The translations under genes and the position numbers were made by a program. This document shows, piece after piece, positions 17,517-26,589 of a stretch of 28,813 bases of DNA. The notes under the pieces were generated by a model, which was given only the letters and a program-made list of their open reading frames with translations, did not search any database and was not told the DNA's origin. Location: positions 1 through 28,813 of the forward strand of contig JAMCXR010000029.1 in NCBI GenBank assembly GCA_023474185.1. The letters run 5' to 3'. How positions within the stretch are numbered: position 1 is the first letter of the stretch; the number at the start of each line of letters is the position of its first letter. This DNA comes from Patescibacteria group bacterium. Its GTDB lineage: Bacteria > Patescibacteriota > Minisyncoccia > UBA6257 > Colwellbacteraceae.

Positions 17517-18716
17517 TTACTTGATTATCTTGGAAACTACTCCAGCGCCGACGGTGTGCCCTCCTTCGCGGATAGCAAACCTCTGCTTTTCTTCCAGGGC
17601 CACCGGCGCGATTAGCTTCACGCTGAACTTAACGGTGTCTCCAGGCATCACCATTTCCACGCCTTCGGCCAGCTTCACTTCTCCCGTGACATCGGTCGTG
17701 CGGATGTAAAACTGCGGCTTGTATCCGTTAAAGACCGGCGTGTGGCGTCCGCCCTCTTCTTTGCTTAAGATGTAAACCTCGGCCTCGAATTCCGTGTGCG
17801 GAGTAACGGAGGTCGGTTTAACAACCACCTGTCCGCGCTGAACGTCTTCTTTCTTCAAGCCGCGCAAAAGAATTCCGACATTGTCGCCCGCCATACCTTC
17901 ATCAAGCATCTTGTTGAACATCTCGATTCCGGTGACGACGGTTTTCTGAGTCGGCTTCAATCCGACTATTTCGACTTCGTCGTTAACCTTGACCTTTCCT
18001 CTTTCGATTTTTCCGGTCACCACGGTTCCGCGTCCTTCAATGGAAAAGACGTCTTCAATAGGCATCAAAAACGGCATGTCCGTATCTCTCTTCGGTTCCG
18101 GAATGTACTCATCCATGTACTTGACTAGCTCAAGTATCGGCTGAGCGTCCTGGTCATCGGCTGATTTGACTTCCAAAGCCTTCAAAGCCGAACCGCGAAC
18201 AACCGGCACTTCGTCTCCAGGGAACTCGTACTTTTTCAAAAGTTCTCTGACCTCGGCTTCAACCAAGTCAACCAGCTCCTTGTCATCAACCATATCCACC
18301 TTGTTAAGGAAAACGATCATCGCCGGAACTCCAACCTGGTGAGCCAAAAGAACGTGCTCTCTGGTCTGCGGCATCGGGCCGTCAGCGGCCGAAACCACCA
18401 GTATCGCGCCATCCATCTGGGCGGCGCCCGTAATCATGTTCTTAATGTAGTCGGTGTGACCCGGAGCGTCGATGTGGGCATAGTGACGCTTCTCCGACTC
18501 GTATTCCGAATGGTGCAAGGCGATGGTTATGCCTCGCGCTTTTTCTTCCGGAGCGCTGTCAATCTGATCGACTCTTTCTTCCTTCTTCGCCCACCCTTTT
18601 AAGTGAAGGACGTGGGTAATAGCCGCCGTGAGCGTGGTTTTGCCGTGATCGATGTGGCCAATGGTACCCACGTTAACATGCGGCTTAGTTCTCTCAAACT
18701 TTTCTTTTTCCGCCAT
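17517..18716 (-). CDS. tuf: Elongation factor Tu
   Basis: [35 protein letters not shown]. Confidence 0.99.
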   Translation of the reverse strand: MAEKEKFERTKPHVNVGTIGHIDHGKTTLTAAITHVLHLKGWAKKEERVDQIDSAPEEKARGITIALHHSEYESEKRHYAHIDAPGHTDYIKNMITGAAQMDGAILVVSAADGPMPQTREHVLLAHQVGVPAMIVFLNKVDMVDDKELVDLVEAEVRELLKKYEFPGDEVPVVRGSALKALEVKSADDQDAQPILELVKYMDEYIPEPKRDTDMPFLMPIEDVFSIEGRGTVVTGKIERGKVKVNDEVEIVGLKPTQKTVVTGIEMFNKMLDEGMAGDNVGILLRGLKKEDVQRGQVVVKPTSVTPHTEFEAEVYILSKEEGGRHTPVFNGYKPQFYIRTTDVTGEVKLAEGVEMVMPGDTVKFSVKLIAPVALEEKQRFAIREGGHTVGAGVVSKIIK

Positions 18717-18772
18717 GTTTTATTATTTTCCTAAGCTTTTATGCTAGTTTTTAGCTTTAAATCGACTTGTTT

Positions 18773-18801
18773 AATTTATATTAACACCTGTTTCCTGTCA
18801 A
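18773..18801 (-). promoter_or_regulatory. Internal promoter upstream of tuf: TTGACA-N17-TAAATT
   Basis: Perfect -35 at 18796-18801 and -10-like hexamer at 18773-18778 in the 111-bp fusA-tuf gap. Confidence 0.6.
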
Positions 18802-18827
18802 CACAAAATCCCTCGCCAGGAAGCAAA

Positions 18828-20927
18828 TTATTTCTTGCCTTCGATAATCTGCTGCTCGATGTTTTTCGGGACTTGTTCATAATGGCTGAATTCCATGTTG
18901 AACACCCCTCGCCCCTGGGAAACGGAACGCAGCTTGGTGGCATATCCAAACATCTCGGAGAGCGGAATCATAGTATCGATTACTTTGATGTTTAGCCTGT
19001 CTGTAATCGACTCTATGCGGCCGCGTTTGCTGGAGATGTCGCCGGTGACGTCGCCCATAAAATCCGCCGGTACAAGCACTTGCACTTTCATTATCGGCTC
19101 CAAGACGTACGCTCCAGCGCGCCTGGCTGCTTCCTGGAAGGCCATCGACGAGGCAATCTTGAAGGCGACTTCCGAAGAGTCAACCTCGTGGAACGACCCG
19201 TCGTAAAGCGTAGCTTGAACGTCAACCATCGGATATCCGGCAACGACTCCTTTGCTCATCGCCTCCCCAACTCCCTTTTCAACCGCTGGTATAAACTCCT
19301 GCGGAATTACTCCTCCTCTAATGGAGTTGATAAACTCGAAGCCGGCACCCCTTTCCAAAGCCTTGAGCCGCAGCCAAACATGACCATATTGTCCGCGTCC
19401 CCCCGACTGGCGGATGTACTTTCCTTCCGCTTCCGCTTCGCCTTTGATACTCTCGCGATAGGCGACCTGCGGCTGACCGACATCGGCCTCGACGCCGAAC
19501 TCGCGTTTCATGCGATCGACGATTACATCCAAGTGCAGCTCTCCCATTCCGGCGATTATCGTTTCTCCGGTTTCCGGATCGCCGCTGACGCGGAAGGTCG
19601 GGTCTTCCTCGCCAAGTCTGCGCAAGGCTATGCCCATTTTTTCCTGGTCGGCCTTCGTCTTCGGACTGATGCGCTCGCTGATGACCGGCTCCGGGAAGGA
19701 GATTTTTTCAAGAACAATCGGATTGCCCGAATCGCAAATCGTGTCCCCAGTGGTCGTATCCTTAAGTCCGACGAGGGCTCCTATGTCTCCGGTTTCAACC
19801 ACATCCAACTCCTCGCGGTGATTGGCGTGCATCTGCAGTATGCGCCCCACTCTTTCCTGGGAGTTCTTGGTAGAGTTCAAAACATACGTTCCCTTGTTCA
19901 TCTTTCCGGAGTAAACGCGGAAATAAGCCAAACTTCCGACGTAGGGGTCGGTGGCTATTTTAAAAACGAGAGCGGAAAAAGGCGCGTCGTCCTTCGCTTC
20001 GCGGGCTATTTCTTCCTCGGTCTTCGGATTTATTCCCTGAACCGGCGGAAGGTCCAAAGGAGACGGCAGATAATCGACCACCGCGTCCAAGACCAGTTGG
20101 ACCCCCTTGTTCTTCAAAGCAGAACCGGTGAGAACCGGAACCAATTTGTTTTCGAGAGTTGCTTTGCGCAGGGCCTTTTTTAATTCGTCTATACCTATTT
20201 CCTGTCCCTCCAAAAACTTTTCGGCCAAAATATCGTCTGTCTCGGCTATTTTTTCCACCAGCTTCTCGCGGGCTTTAACGGAGGAGTCTTTCAGGTTCTC
20301 CGGAATTTCGGTTTCGACGATCCTTTCGCCGTTATCTCCCTCAAACTTGAAGGACTTCATATTTAACAAATCTATGACTCCGGCAAACTCGGATTCGGCA
20401 CCGATTGGAAGGTTTACCGGAACCGCATTTGGAGTAAGCCTCTCGTGAATGGCAGCCAAGCTGTTTTCGAAGCTGGCCCCGAGCCTGTCCATCTTATTGA
20501 TAAAGCAGAGGCGCGGAACCTTGTATTCGTCGGCGTATCTCCAGTTGGTTTCGGACTGCGGCTCGACTCCGGAAACTCCGTCGAAGACAACGACGGCTCC
20601 GTCTAAGACGCGCAGGGATCTTTTGACCTCGACGGTGAAGTCGATGTGCCCAGGAGTGTCGATAAGGTTGATTCTGTGCTCATGTTGTTTGTCTCCGTGA
20701 TTGTACGTGGGAATCCAGTGAACGGTAGTCGCAGCAGAAGTAATAGTTATCCCCCTCTCTTTTTCCTGCTCCATCCAGTCCATCACCGCTTCTCCCTCGT
20801 GCACCTCCCCTATCTTGTGGGAAATGCCGGTATAGAAAAGAACGCGCTCGGAAACAGTGGTCTTTCCGGCATCGATATGGGCAATAATGCCGATATTCCT
20901 TATTTTCTCTAAGGGATACTTACGCAT
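18828..20927 (-). CDS. fusA: Elongation factor G
   Basis: [52 protein letters not shown]. Confidence 0.99.
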   Translation of the reverse strand: MRKYPLEKIRNIGIIAHIDAGKTTVSERVLFYTGISHKIGEVHEGEAVMDWMEQEKERGITITSAATTVHWIPTYNHGDKQHEHRINLIDTPGHIDFTVEVKRSLRVLDGAVVVFDGVSGVEPQSETNWRYADEYKVPRLCFINKMDRLGASFENSLAAIHERLTPNAVPVNLPIGAESEFAGVIDLLNMKSFKFEGDNGERIVETEIPENLKDSSVKAREKLVEKIAETDDILAEKFLEGQEIGIDELKKALRKATLENKLVPVLTGSALKNKGVQLVLDAVVDYLPSPLDLPPVQGINPKTEEEIAREAKDDAPFSALVFKIATDPYVGSLAYFRVYSGKMNKGTYVLNSTKNSQERVGRILQMHANHREELDVVETGDIGALVGLKDTTTGDTICDSGNPIVLEKISFPEPVISERISPKTKADQEKMGIALRRLGEEDPTFRVSGDPETGETIIAGMGELHLDVIVDRMKREFGVEADVGQPQVAYRESIKGEAEAEGKYIRQSGGRGQYGHVWLRLKALERGAGFEFINSIRGGVIPQEFIPAVEKGVGEAMSKGVVAGYPMVDVQATLYDGSFHEVDSSEVAFKIASSMAFQEAARRAGAYVLEPIMKVQVLVPADFMGDVTGDISSKRGRIESITDRLNIKVIDTMIPLSEMFGYATKLRSVSQGRGVFNMEFSHYEQVPKNIEQQIIEGKK

Positions 20928-20938
20928 AAGAAGGAAAA

Positions 20939-21406
20939 TTACCAGGAAAAGTGAGCAAATGCCCGGTTGGACTCCGCCATGCGGTGGATGTCCTGTTTCT
21001 TTTTGACGGCCGCGCCTTCATTCTTGTACGCGGCAAGGAGCTCGTCGGCCAGCCTTCGCGCCATCGGCTTTCCTTTCTTCGAGCGGGCGGCTTCGATTAT
21101 CCAGCGGCTGGCCAGCATAAATTTCCTTTCCGGCCTGACTTCCCGCGGAACCTGATAGTTCGCGCCGCCGATTCTGCGAGACGCAACCTCGACTCGAGGA
21201 GAAACATTTTCCAACGCCTTTTCAAAAACCTCAATGGGTTTCTCTTTGGTTTCCTTTTCTATTTCCTTCAAAGCGGAATAAACGACTTTCTCAGCCGCGT
21301 TTTTCTCGCCGTCGGACATTACATAATTAATAAAGCGGCTTAAAGCTACGCTGCTGTAAATAGCATCCGGCTTGCGCTCCCTTTTTTCAGCTCTTTTCCT
21401 TCTCAT
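20939..21406 (-). CDS. rpsG: 30S ribosomal protein uS7
   Basis: [32 protein letters not shown]. Confidence 0.99.
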   Translation of the reverse strand: MRRKRAEKRERKPDAIYSSVALSRFINYVMSDGEKNAAEKVVYSALKEIEKETKEKPIEVFEKALENVSPRVEVASRRIGGANYQVPREVRPERKFMLASRWIIEAARSKKGKPMARRLADELLAAYKNEGAAVKKKQDIHRMAESNRAFAHFSW

Positions 21407-21418
21407 AACTAATAAACG

Positions 21419-21829
21419 CTATTTTCCTTTCTTGGCGCCGTACTTGGACCTCTGCTGTTTCCTGCCCTGAACACCGGCGGTGTCCAGTACCCCGCGGACT
21501 ATGTGATAACGAACGCCGGGGAGGTCTTTGACCCGGCCGCCACGCACCAAAACCACCGAGTGTTCCTGCAAATTATGGCCTTCTCCGGGTATGTAAGCAG
21601 TCACTTCTTGACCATTGGTCAGCCTGACTCTCGCTACCTTACGCAAAGCCGAGTTTGGCTTTTTCGGCGTGGTGGTGAAAACCTTCAAACAGACTCCCCG
21701 CTTGAAAGGCGAAGAAGAATTAACCGGGTGGTTTTTAATCACATTAAAATAAAGCCCCAGGGCTGGCGCTTTGCTTTTAGTAACAGATTTCTTCCGCTTT
21801 TTCTTCAAAAGCTGGTTAATAGTCGGCAT
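21419..21829 (-). CDS. rpsL: 30S ribosomal protein uS12
   Basis: [38 protein letters not shown]. Confidence 0.99.
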   Translation of the reverse strand: MPTINQLLKKKRKKSVTKSKAPALGLYFNVIKNHPVNSSSPFKRGVCLKVFTTTPKKPNSALRKVARVRLTNGQEVTAYIPGEGHNLQEHSVVLVRGGRVKDLPGVRYHIVRGVLDTAGVQGRKQQRSKYGAKKGK

Positions 21830-21837
21830 CGGTTGGT

Positions 21838-21867
21838 ACTATATCAACTGAGGCGCTCATTTGTCAA
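21838..21867 (-). promoter_or_regulatory. str-operon promoter: TTGACA-N18 with extended -10 TG-A-TATAGT, 8 nt before the rpsL ATG
   Basis: -35 at 21862-21867, -10 at 21838-21843, ATG at 21829. Confidence 0.7.
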
Positions 21868-21905
21868 TCGTTTCGGCCGGGAAACGCCGGCCCTAGCCGC
21901 CATTT

Positions 21906-24900
21906 TCAGTAGTTTTCTGCCATCCATTTTCTGGTAACCGGCCCGAAGTAGCCGGAAGCCAGACCGATGCCGACAGATTTCTGGTACTCAGCCAGAGCGT
22001 TTTCCGTGATCGGCCCGAAATATCCAGTCGTCCCATACCCACTGAGCACAACCGCCGAATGTCCAGCGTCTTTCGTTATGAGGAATCCCTGAAGAGCGGC
22101 GACATCCCGGCCTTTATCTCCCACGGTTAGATTTCTGACAAAGATAGCCGGAGTGGACGTCGAAAGAACAATCAGAGAATTAACACTAGCCATAGTCAGC
22201 GAATTGAAACTTCCCACTGCGGGAAGTCCGCATTCCAGCTGCAGCTTCTCAACCGCTTTCCGGGTTAGTGGCCCGAAATATCCGGTCACCAAGTCCTGCG
22301 GATATACTCCCAAGTCGAAGAGCACGCGCTGCAGCTTGGCCACCTCTGCGCCTTGCGATCCGAATTGCAAGTAGGATAAAAACGGATGCGCGGCAAACTG
22401 AACCGCAGCGGTGCCTGTCGTTACGGCTGACGATGTCGCCGCGCCGCCAACCGTAAATGCAATTCTCTCTGATTGGGCGATATCACCGTAATCGTCATCG
22501 GCGAATGCCTGCAGAAAATGAGGCCCGGATGCGAAATAAGAAAGAGGCAAAGTCAGAGAGTATGGCGGAGCGGAAAGAGTGTTTTCCACCTTGTGGCCGT
22601 CTACCGCAAACCAGAAGAAAGAAATTTGGGAAGTATTGTCCGCGGAAGCAAAAAACGTAATCGACGACGAGGACACGGAAGGAGCGTTTAGCAAGATGTT
22701 GCTGAACTGCGAAACGTTAGGCCCGCCTCCGACTGCGACGCTCGCACCGCTCACTGCCACCTGGGCGGTATAGGTGACGAAGGGAGTGAAGTGCTTGGTC
22801 CAGACGATTAAGTCCGAGCCGGAATTTATGTAACAGTCCCCTCCCTCGACTAAAGTGTTTCCGTTAGTCTGAGAATCTCCGGAGCACTTTGTGGAAATGT
22901 TTTCAAACTTTCCGGAATTATCGATATAACCCACAAACTTCCCGGCCTCGCCGGCGAGACTCAGCCTCACGGCCTGGCTGAAAGTGGTGGCGGTGTTGCT
23001 GACACCCAACTCTATCGCTGCCGATTGGGCGGGAGAGGTGTATCCGGAAGGAGGGGTAATGGTAATGGAGTTAATATAAGAAGTCGGGAGGTTCAAAATG
23101 CCGTTCCAGGAAGAAGAGGCCACGGTAATGGTGGTGGAGGCCGGCAGCTGAACGTTGACCGAAATTTGGGTGGTGGTAGCGTTGATTACCACAGGATTAG
23201 ATATCGTACTCACCGTCGAGGTTGTCGTAGTGGAAGTCAGGAGGGAAACGTTCAGAGTCGGAGTCGTCACCGTTGAGGGAACGTTAATGGTGGAAGTTGC
23301 CGTTAAACCGGGAGTAAGAGCCGCGGATGAGGAGGCATCGGACAAGGTAATCGTGGAGGTGGAATCGGACATTACGACGGTGGAAGTGGTTCCGCTCGAC
23401 GGAGGATTGAGAACGTAGAGAGTGAAGCTTTGCGGATCCGAGGTAATAGTGCCGATGGTTCCGTTATTGTCGGCGGCAGTGAGAGAAAAATTATAGGCTC
23501 CAGCCACAGTTGACGTTCCTGAAAGGGTTGTCCCGGAAAGAGTAAGTGGCGTAGAGCCTGGAGATAAAGACAAACTGGCTGTGCCTTGAGAGGAAGTAGA
23601 GGTGATGGTTTGAGAAAAGAATAAATTAGTGAACGTAGTAGCAGTGGGCAACGGTAGAATATTCACAACTTTATATTCGAGTAAGCGATTATTACCGTTA
23701 TCGGTTACAAATAATCTGGAATAAGTAGGGTCATAAACCACTCTCAATGGATAATCTAAACCAGTTTGAGTTGCGCTGGCTCCTGACGAATAAGCTAAGC
23801 CGGGGGCACTGGTTACTCCGGTGTTAGTCGTAAAATTCGACTGACCTATAACGAAATTTGCACTCTCATCATTAGTAATGGTGGAAGTAGCTGCATTGAA
23901 GACTAAAACGCGATTATTGCCACGATCAGCAACAAATAATTGAGAGCTGGCAGAGTCATAAGATAAGCCAGACGACTCATATAATCCGCTCTGACTGGTA
24001 GTAATAGTGCGAGTTGTAAACCCAGTCTGTCCCAAGACATAGGAGGCGTTTTCCCCGTTAGAGATAGTGGAGGTAGCGGCGTTGAAGACGAGAACGCGAT
24101 TGTTTCCGTAATCCGCGACAAACAGCCGGGAATTAACCGAATCGTAAGCCAAACCATATGGTTCATACAACCCGCTTTGGGTGGTGGCGCTACCGTTATT
24201 TGTAAACCCAGTCTGTCCCAAGACATAGGAGGCATTCTCTCCGTCACTAACGGTAGAGGTGGCAACGTTGAAGACAAGGATTCGGTTATTGCCTTCATCA
24301 GCCACAAAAAGAAGTGAATTTGCCGAATCATACGCCAGTCCGTACGGGGTATTCATCCCGCTTCGGGTGGTGGTCGCCGTACCAGTAGAGAAACTGGACT
24401 GGCCTAAAATATAAATGGGAGTTGTTGTGGAAATGTTGTCGTTGGAATCCAGTTGGAAAACAAGCACTCTATTGTTACTTGAATCGGAAACGAACAACCT
24501 GTGATTGGCCGGATCGACAACCGACCCCGACGGAGAATAGAAACCAGCTGAACTCGGGCCATTGTTGGGACCGTTTTTGATATAACTTGCGGAACCATTA
24601 TCGTCATACTGTCCTATTAGACCGCTCGCATTTTCGCCATCGGCAATGGTAGAAGTCGAAACGTTAAATGCGAGGACGCGGCTGTTATTAGTATCGACCA
24701 CAAACAGGCGAGAGGTCGTTGAATCATAAGCAAGTCCGATGGGAGAAGTCATTCCGCTTTGACTCGCAGCACTAGCGGCAGCCACAAAATTTACCTGTCC
24801 CAAAACATAGGAAGCATTCTCTCCGTTACTAATGGTCGAAGTAGCGACGTTGAAGACCAAGACTCTGTTGTTAGGTGAATCAGAAACAAACAAGCGCGCG

Positions 24901-25874
24901 TTTATAGAGTCATAGGCCAAATCACGCGGATTACGCAACCCGCTTTGGGTGGTGGCGCTACCGTTATTTGTAAACCCAGTCTGTCCCAAGACATAGGAGG
25001 CGTTTTCGTTGTTAGAGATAGTGGAGGTAGCAGCGTTGAAGACGAGAACGCGATTGTTGCCGTAATCCGCGACGAATAAGCGGGAAAATGTAGGGTCATA
25101 AGATACGGTAAGCGGAGCATTTAGCCCGCTTTGTGTCGTTGTGGCAACATCGGTTGTAAAGCTCGATTGTCCCAAGACATAGGAGGCGTTTTCGTTGTTA
25201 GAAATAGTTGAAGTGGCAACGTTAAAGACCAAAACCCTGTTGTAATAAGAATCGGCGACAAACAGTCGCGAGTCGTTCTGGTCATACGCCAATCCGTACG
25301 GGGACGCCATTCCGCTTTGACTCAGAGCGCCACTTCTGCTTGTGAAATTTACCTGTCCCAAAACATAGGAAGCATTCTCTCCGTTACTAATGGTCGAAGT
25401 AGCGACGTTGAAGACCAAGACTCTGGCATTCCCGGTATCAGCCACAAAAAGACGCGAGTTTACCGGATCATAGGCCAACCCTTCCGGCTGCCACATTAAA
25501 CCTTGAGCGCAACCTCCGGTTGCGTTAGTGAAGCTAATTTCGCCCAAAACATACGCAGGGGTAGTTGTAGTCAGGTTGCCGTTAGAATCAAGTTGGTACA
25601 CCAACACTCTTTCGTTTTCCCAATCGGAGACAAACAATCGATGATTAACTTGATCAATAGCCGTATATCGCGGGTAATACAAACCCGAGGAATTAGGGCC
25701 ACCGTTTGGGTAACTCCCAGTAAAATTACTATTTCCCAAAACTCCGGAAGCGCTGTAAGAAGCGGCAAGTGCAGGTTTAGAAATTATCACTATCAAACCC
25801 AGAAGAATAAAAAGAAGAAACGGTACAAACGGCTTAAGCAAGCATCTTAACTGCTGGTTTTGGTGCTTGTACAT
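21906..25874 (-). CDS. Large secreted surface protein: signal peptide, 11 NHL-like beta-propeller repeats, Ser/Thr-rich stalk, Ig-like domain and two C-terminal peptidoglycan-binding-like domains
   Basis: Hydrophobic N-terminus ending in ALA-A; 11 copies of the (R/L/Q)LFVxDxxNxRVLVF-type motif; C-terminal LQFGSQGAEVAKLQ..TGYFGPLT and LTVGDKGRDVAALQ..TGYFGPIT (PG_binding_1-like). Confidence 0.85.
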   Translation of the reverse strand: MYKHQNQQLRCLLKPFVPFLLFILLGLIVIISKPALAASYSASGVLGNSNFTGSYPNGGPNSSGLYYPRYTAIDQVNHRLFVSDWENERVLVYQLDSNGNLTTTTPAYVLGEISFTNATGGCAQGLMWQPEGLAYDPVNSRLFVADTGNARVLVFNVATSTISNGENASYVLGQVNFTSRSGALSQSGMASPYGLAYDQNDSRLFVADSYYNRVLVFNVATSTISNNENASYVLGQSSFTTDVATTTQSGLNAPLTVSYDPTFSRLFVADYGNNRVLVFNAATSTISNNENASYVLGQTGFTNNGSATTQSGLRNPRDLAYDSINARLFVSDSPNNRVLVFNVATSTISNGENASYVLGQVNFVAAASAASQSGMTSPIGLAYDSTTSRLFVVDTNNSRVLAFNVSTSTIADGENASGLIGQYDDNGSASYIKNGPNNGPSSAGFYSPSGSVVDPANHRLFVSDSSNNRVLVFQLDSNDNISTTTPIYILGQSSFSTGTATTTRSGMNTPYGLAYDSANSLLFVADEGNNRILVFNVATSTVSDGENASYVLGQTGFTNNGSATTQSGLYEPYGLAYDSVNSRLFVADYGNNRVLVFNAATSTISNGENASYVLGQTGFTTRTITTSQSGLYESSGLSYDSASSQLFVADRGNNRVLVFNAATSTITNDESANFVIGQSNFTTNTGVTSAPGLAYSSGASATQTGLDYPLRVVYDPTYSRLFVTDNGNNRLLEYKVVNILPLPTATTFTNLFFSQTITSTSSQGTASLSLSPGSTPLTLSGTTLSGTSTVAGAYNFSLTAADNNGTIGTITSDPQSFTLYVLNPPSSGTTSTVVMSDSTSTITLSDASSSAALTPGLTATSTINVPSTVTTPTLNVSLLTSTTTTSTVSTISNPVVINATTTQISVNVQLPASTTITVASSSWNGILNLPTSYINSITITPPSGYTSPAQSAAIELGVSNTATTFSQAVRLSLAGEAGKFVGYIDNSGKFENISTKCSGDSQTNGNTLVEGGDCYINSGSDLIVWTKHFTPFVTYTAQVAVSGASVAVGGGPNVSQFSNILLNAPSVSSSSITFFASADNTSQISFFWFAVDGHKVENTLSAPPYSLTLPLSYFASGPHFLQAFADDDYGDIAQSERIAFTVGGAATSSAVTTGTAAVQFAAHPFLSYLQFGSQGAEVAKLQRVLFDLGVYPQDLVTGYFGPLTRKAVEKLQLECGLPAVGSFNSLTMASVNSLIVLSTSTPAIFVRNLTVGDKGRDVAALQGFLITKDAGHSAVVLSGYGTTGYFGPITENALAEYQKSVGIGLASGYFGPVTRKWMAENY
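24014..25073. repeat. Direct repeat pair, 106 nt, 5 mismatches: 24014-24119 and 24968-25073
   Basis: Aligned by hand; lies within the NHL repeats. Confidence 0.85.
24168..25001. repeat. Identical 66-nt direct repeat pair: 24168-24233 and 24936-25001
   Basis: caacccgctttgggtggtggcgctacc...cccaagacataggaggc is present twice. Confidence 0.9.
24787..25425. repeat. Identical 81-nt direct repeat pair: 24787-24867 and 25345-25425
   Basis: aaatttacctgtcccaaaacatagg...gaagaccaagactctg is present twice. Confidence 0.9.
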
Positions 25875-25913
25875 TCAATTTTATTTTTCTTTGTATAAGT
25901 ATATACCAAATAA

Positions 25914-26549
25914 TTATAAATTCATGAGCAAGCTTCCCGCGCCGCTCCCAGCCAAAACTAAGAAAAGATTGAAGGCCAAGTAAAATATGACTCCGGCTAG
26001 AAGATAAAGCAGAGCAAAAACCAGAAGAAGCCACCAGATGCCAGCTCCTTGAATCATCAGCGAATAGCGCTGGGGAAGGATGGCGGTTAAAACTTTTGAG
26101 CCGTCCAGCGGCGGAACCGGAATCAAATTAAAAATCATCAGCAAGCAGTTGATAAATACCACTATCGCCAGGAACGAATCTGCGGCCGCAGACAAAGGAA
26201 CAAACCTGATGACCAACCCAAATGCCGCGGCTATAACCAAGTTGGAAAGCGGTCCTGCCAGAGCTACTTTGAGCGGCCCGTACTTGTAGTCCTTGTACAA
26301 ATTGTACGGATTATACGGAACCGGCTTCGCCCAACCGACTATGAACGGCGAGTGGCTAAGAAACAAAACGACCGGCAAAACGACAGAACCGATCGGGTCC
26401 AAGTGGCTTAGCGGATTTAAGGTCAACCGGCCCATGTCCTTGGCGGTAGTATCCCCCAAAGCCAGCGCGGCATAACCGTGCGCCACCTCATGAACGACCG
26501 CGGAAAATATCAAAACTATTATGCTGAAAGCGAATACCAGCGAATTCAT
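25914..26549 (-). CDS. Site-2 protease family (peptidase M50) intramembrane zinc metalloprotease
   Basis: HEVAH zinc motif, GRLTLNPLSHLDPIG, GWAKPVP, ALAGPLSN, NLIPVPPLDGSK and multiple TM segments. Confidence 0.93.
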   Translation of the reverse strand: MNSLVFAFSIIVLIFSAVVHEVAHGYAALALGDTTAKDMGRLTLNPLSHLDPIGSVVLPVVLFLSHSPFIVGWAKPVPYNPYNLYKDYKYGPLKVALAGPLSNLVIAAAFGLVIRFVPLSAAADSFLAIVVFINCLLMIFNLIPVPPLDGSKVLTAILPQRYSLMIQGAGIWWLLLVFALLYLLAGVIFYLAFNLFLVLAGSGAGSLLMNL

Positions 26550-26589
26550 TCTTTACATTGTACCCGATTTGCCATATATTAGAAGCCGT
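26550..26589. promoter_or_regulatory. Overlapping divergent promoters in a 40-bp gap: plus TTTACA-N17-TATATT (26552-26580) for rpmB; minus -10 TACAAT (26557-26562) for the M50 protease
   Basis: Hexamers and spacing read directly; the minus-strand -35 is weak. Confidence 0.55.

Noticed and set aside
805-17709. Numerous other plus-strand and alternative-frame ORFs (e.g. 805-1293, 3293-3925, 10448-10945, 11481-11930, 13536-13991, 15260-15715)
   Set aside because: All overlap well-supported housekeeping genes and show no domain signatures or independent expression signals.
19080-20183. 367-aa plus-strand ORF
   Set aside because: Entirely antisense to fusA with no recognisable motif; a typical shadow ORF of a conserved gene.
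21419-21829. Streptomycin-resistance substitutions in uS12
   Set aside because: The PKKPNSA and RVKDLPG motifs are wild type.
24014-25425. Repeats as a CRISPR array or DGR template/variable repeat pair
   Set aside because: They are in-frame coding repeats with no unique spacers; the mismatches are not adenine-specific; no cas or reverse transcriptase gene is in the window.
25834-26034. 66-aa minus-strand ORF bridging the protease and surface-protein genes
   Set aside because: It overlaps both real genes out of frame and has no recognisable features.
26521-26589. 23-aa N-terminal extension of rpmB in the ORF track
   Set aside because: It overlaps the divergent protease gene and the promoter; bL28 begins at MKQCEIC (26590).
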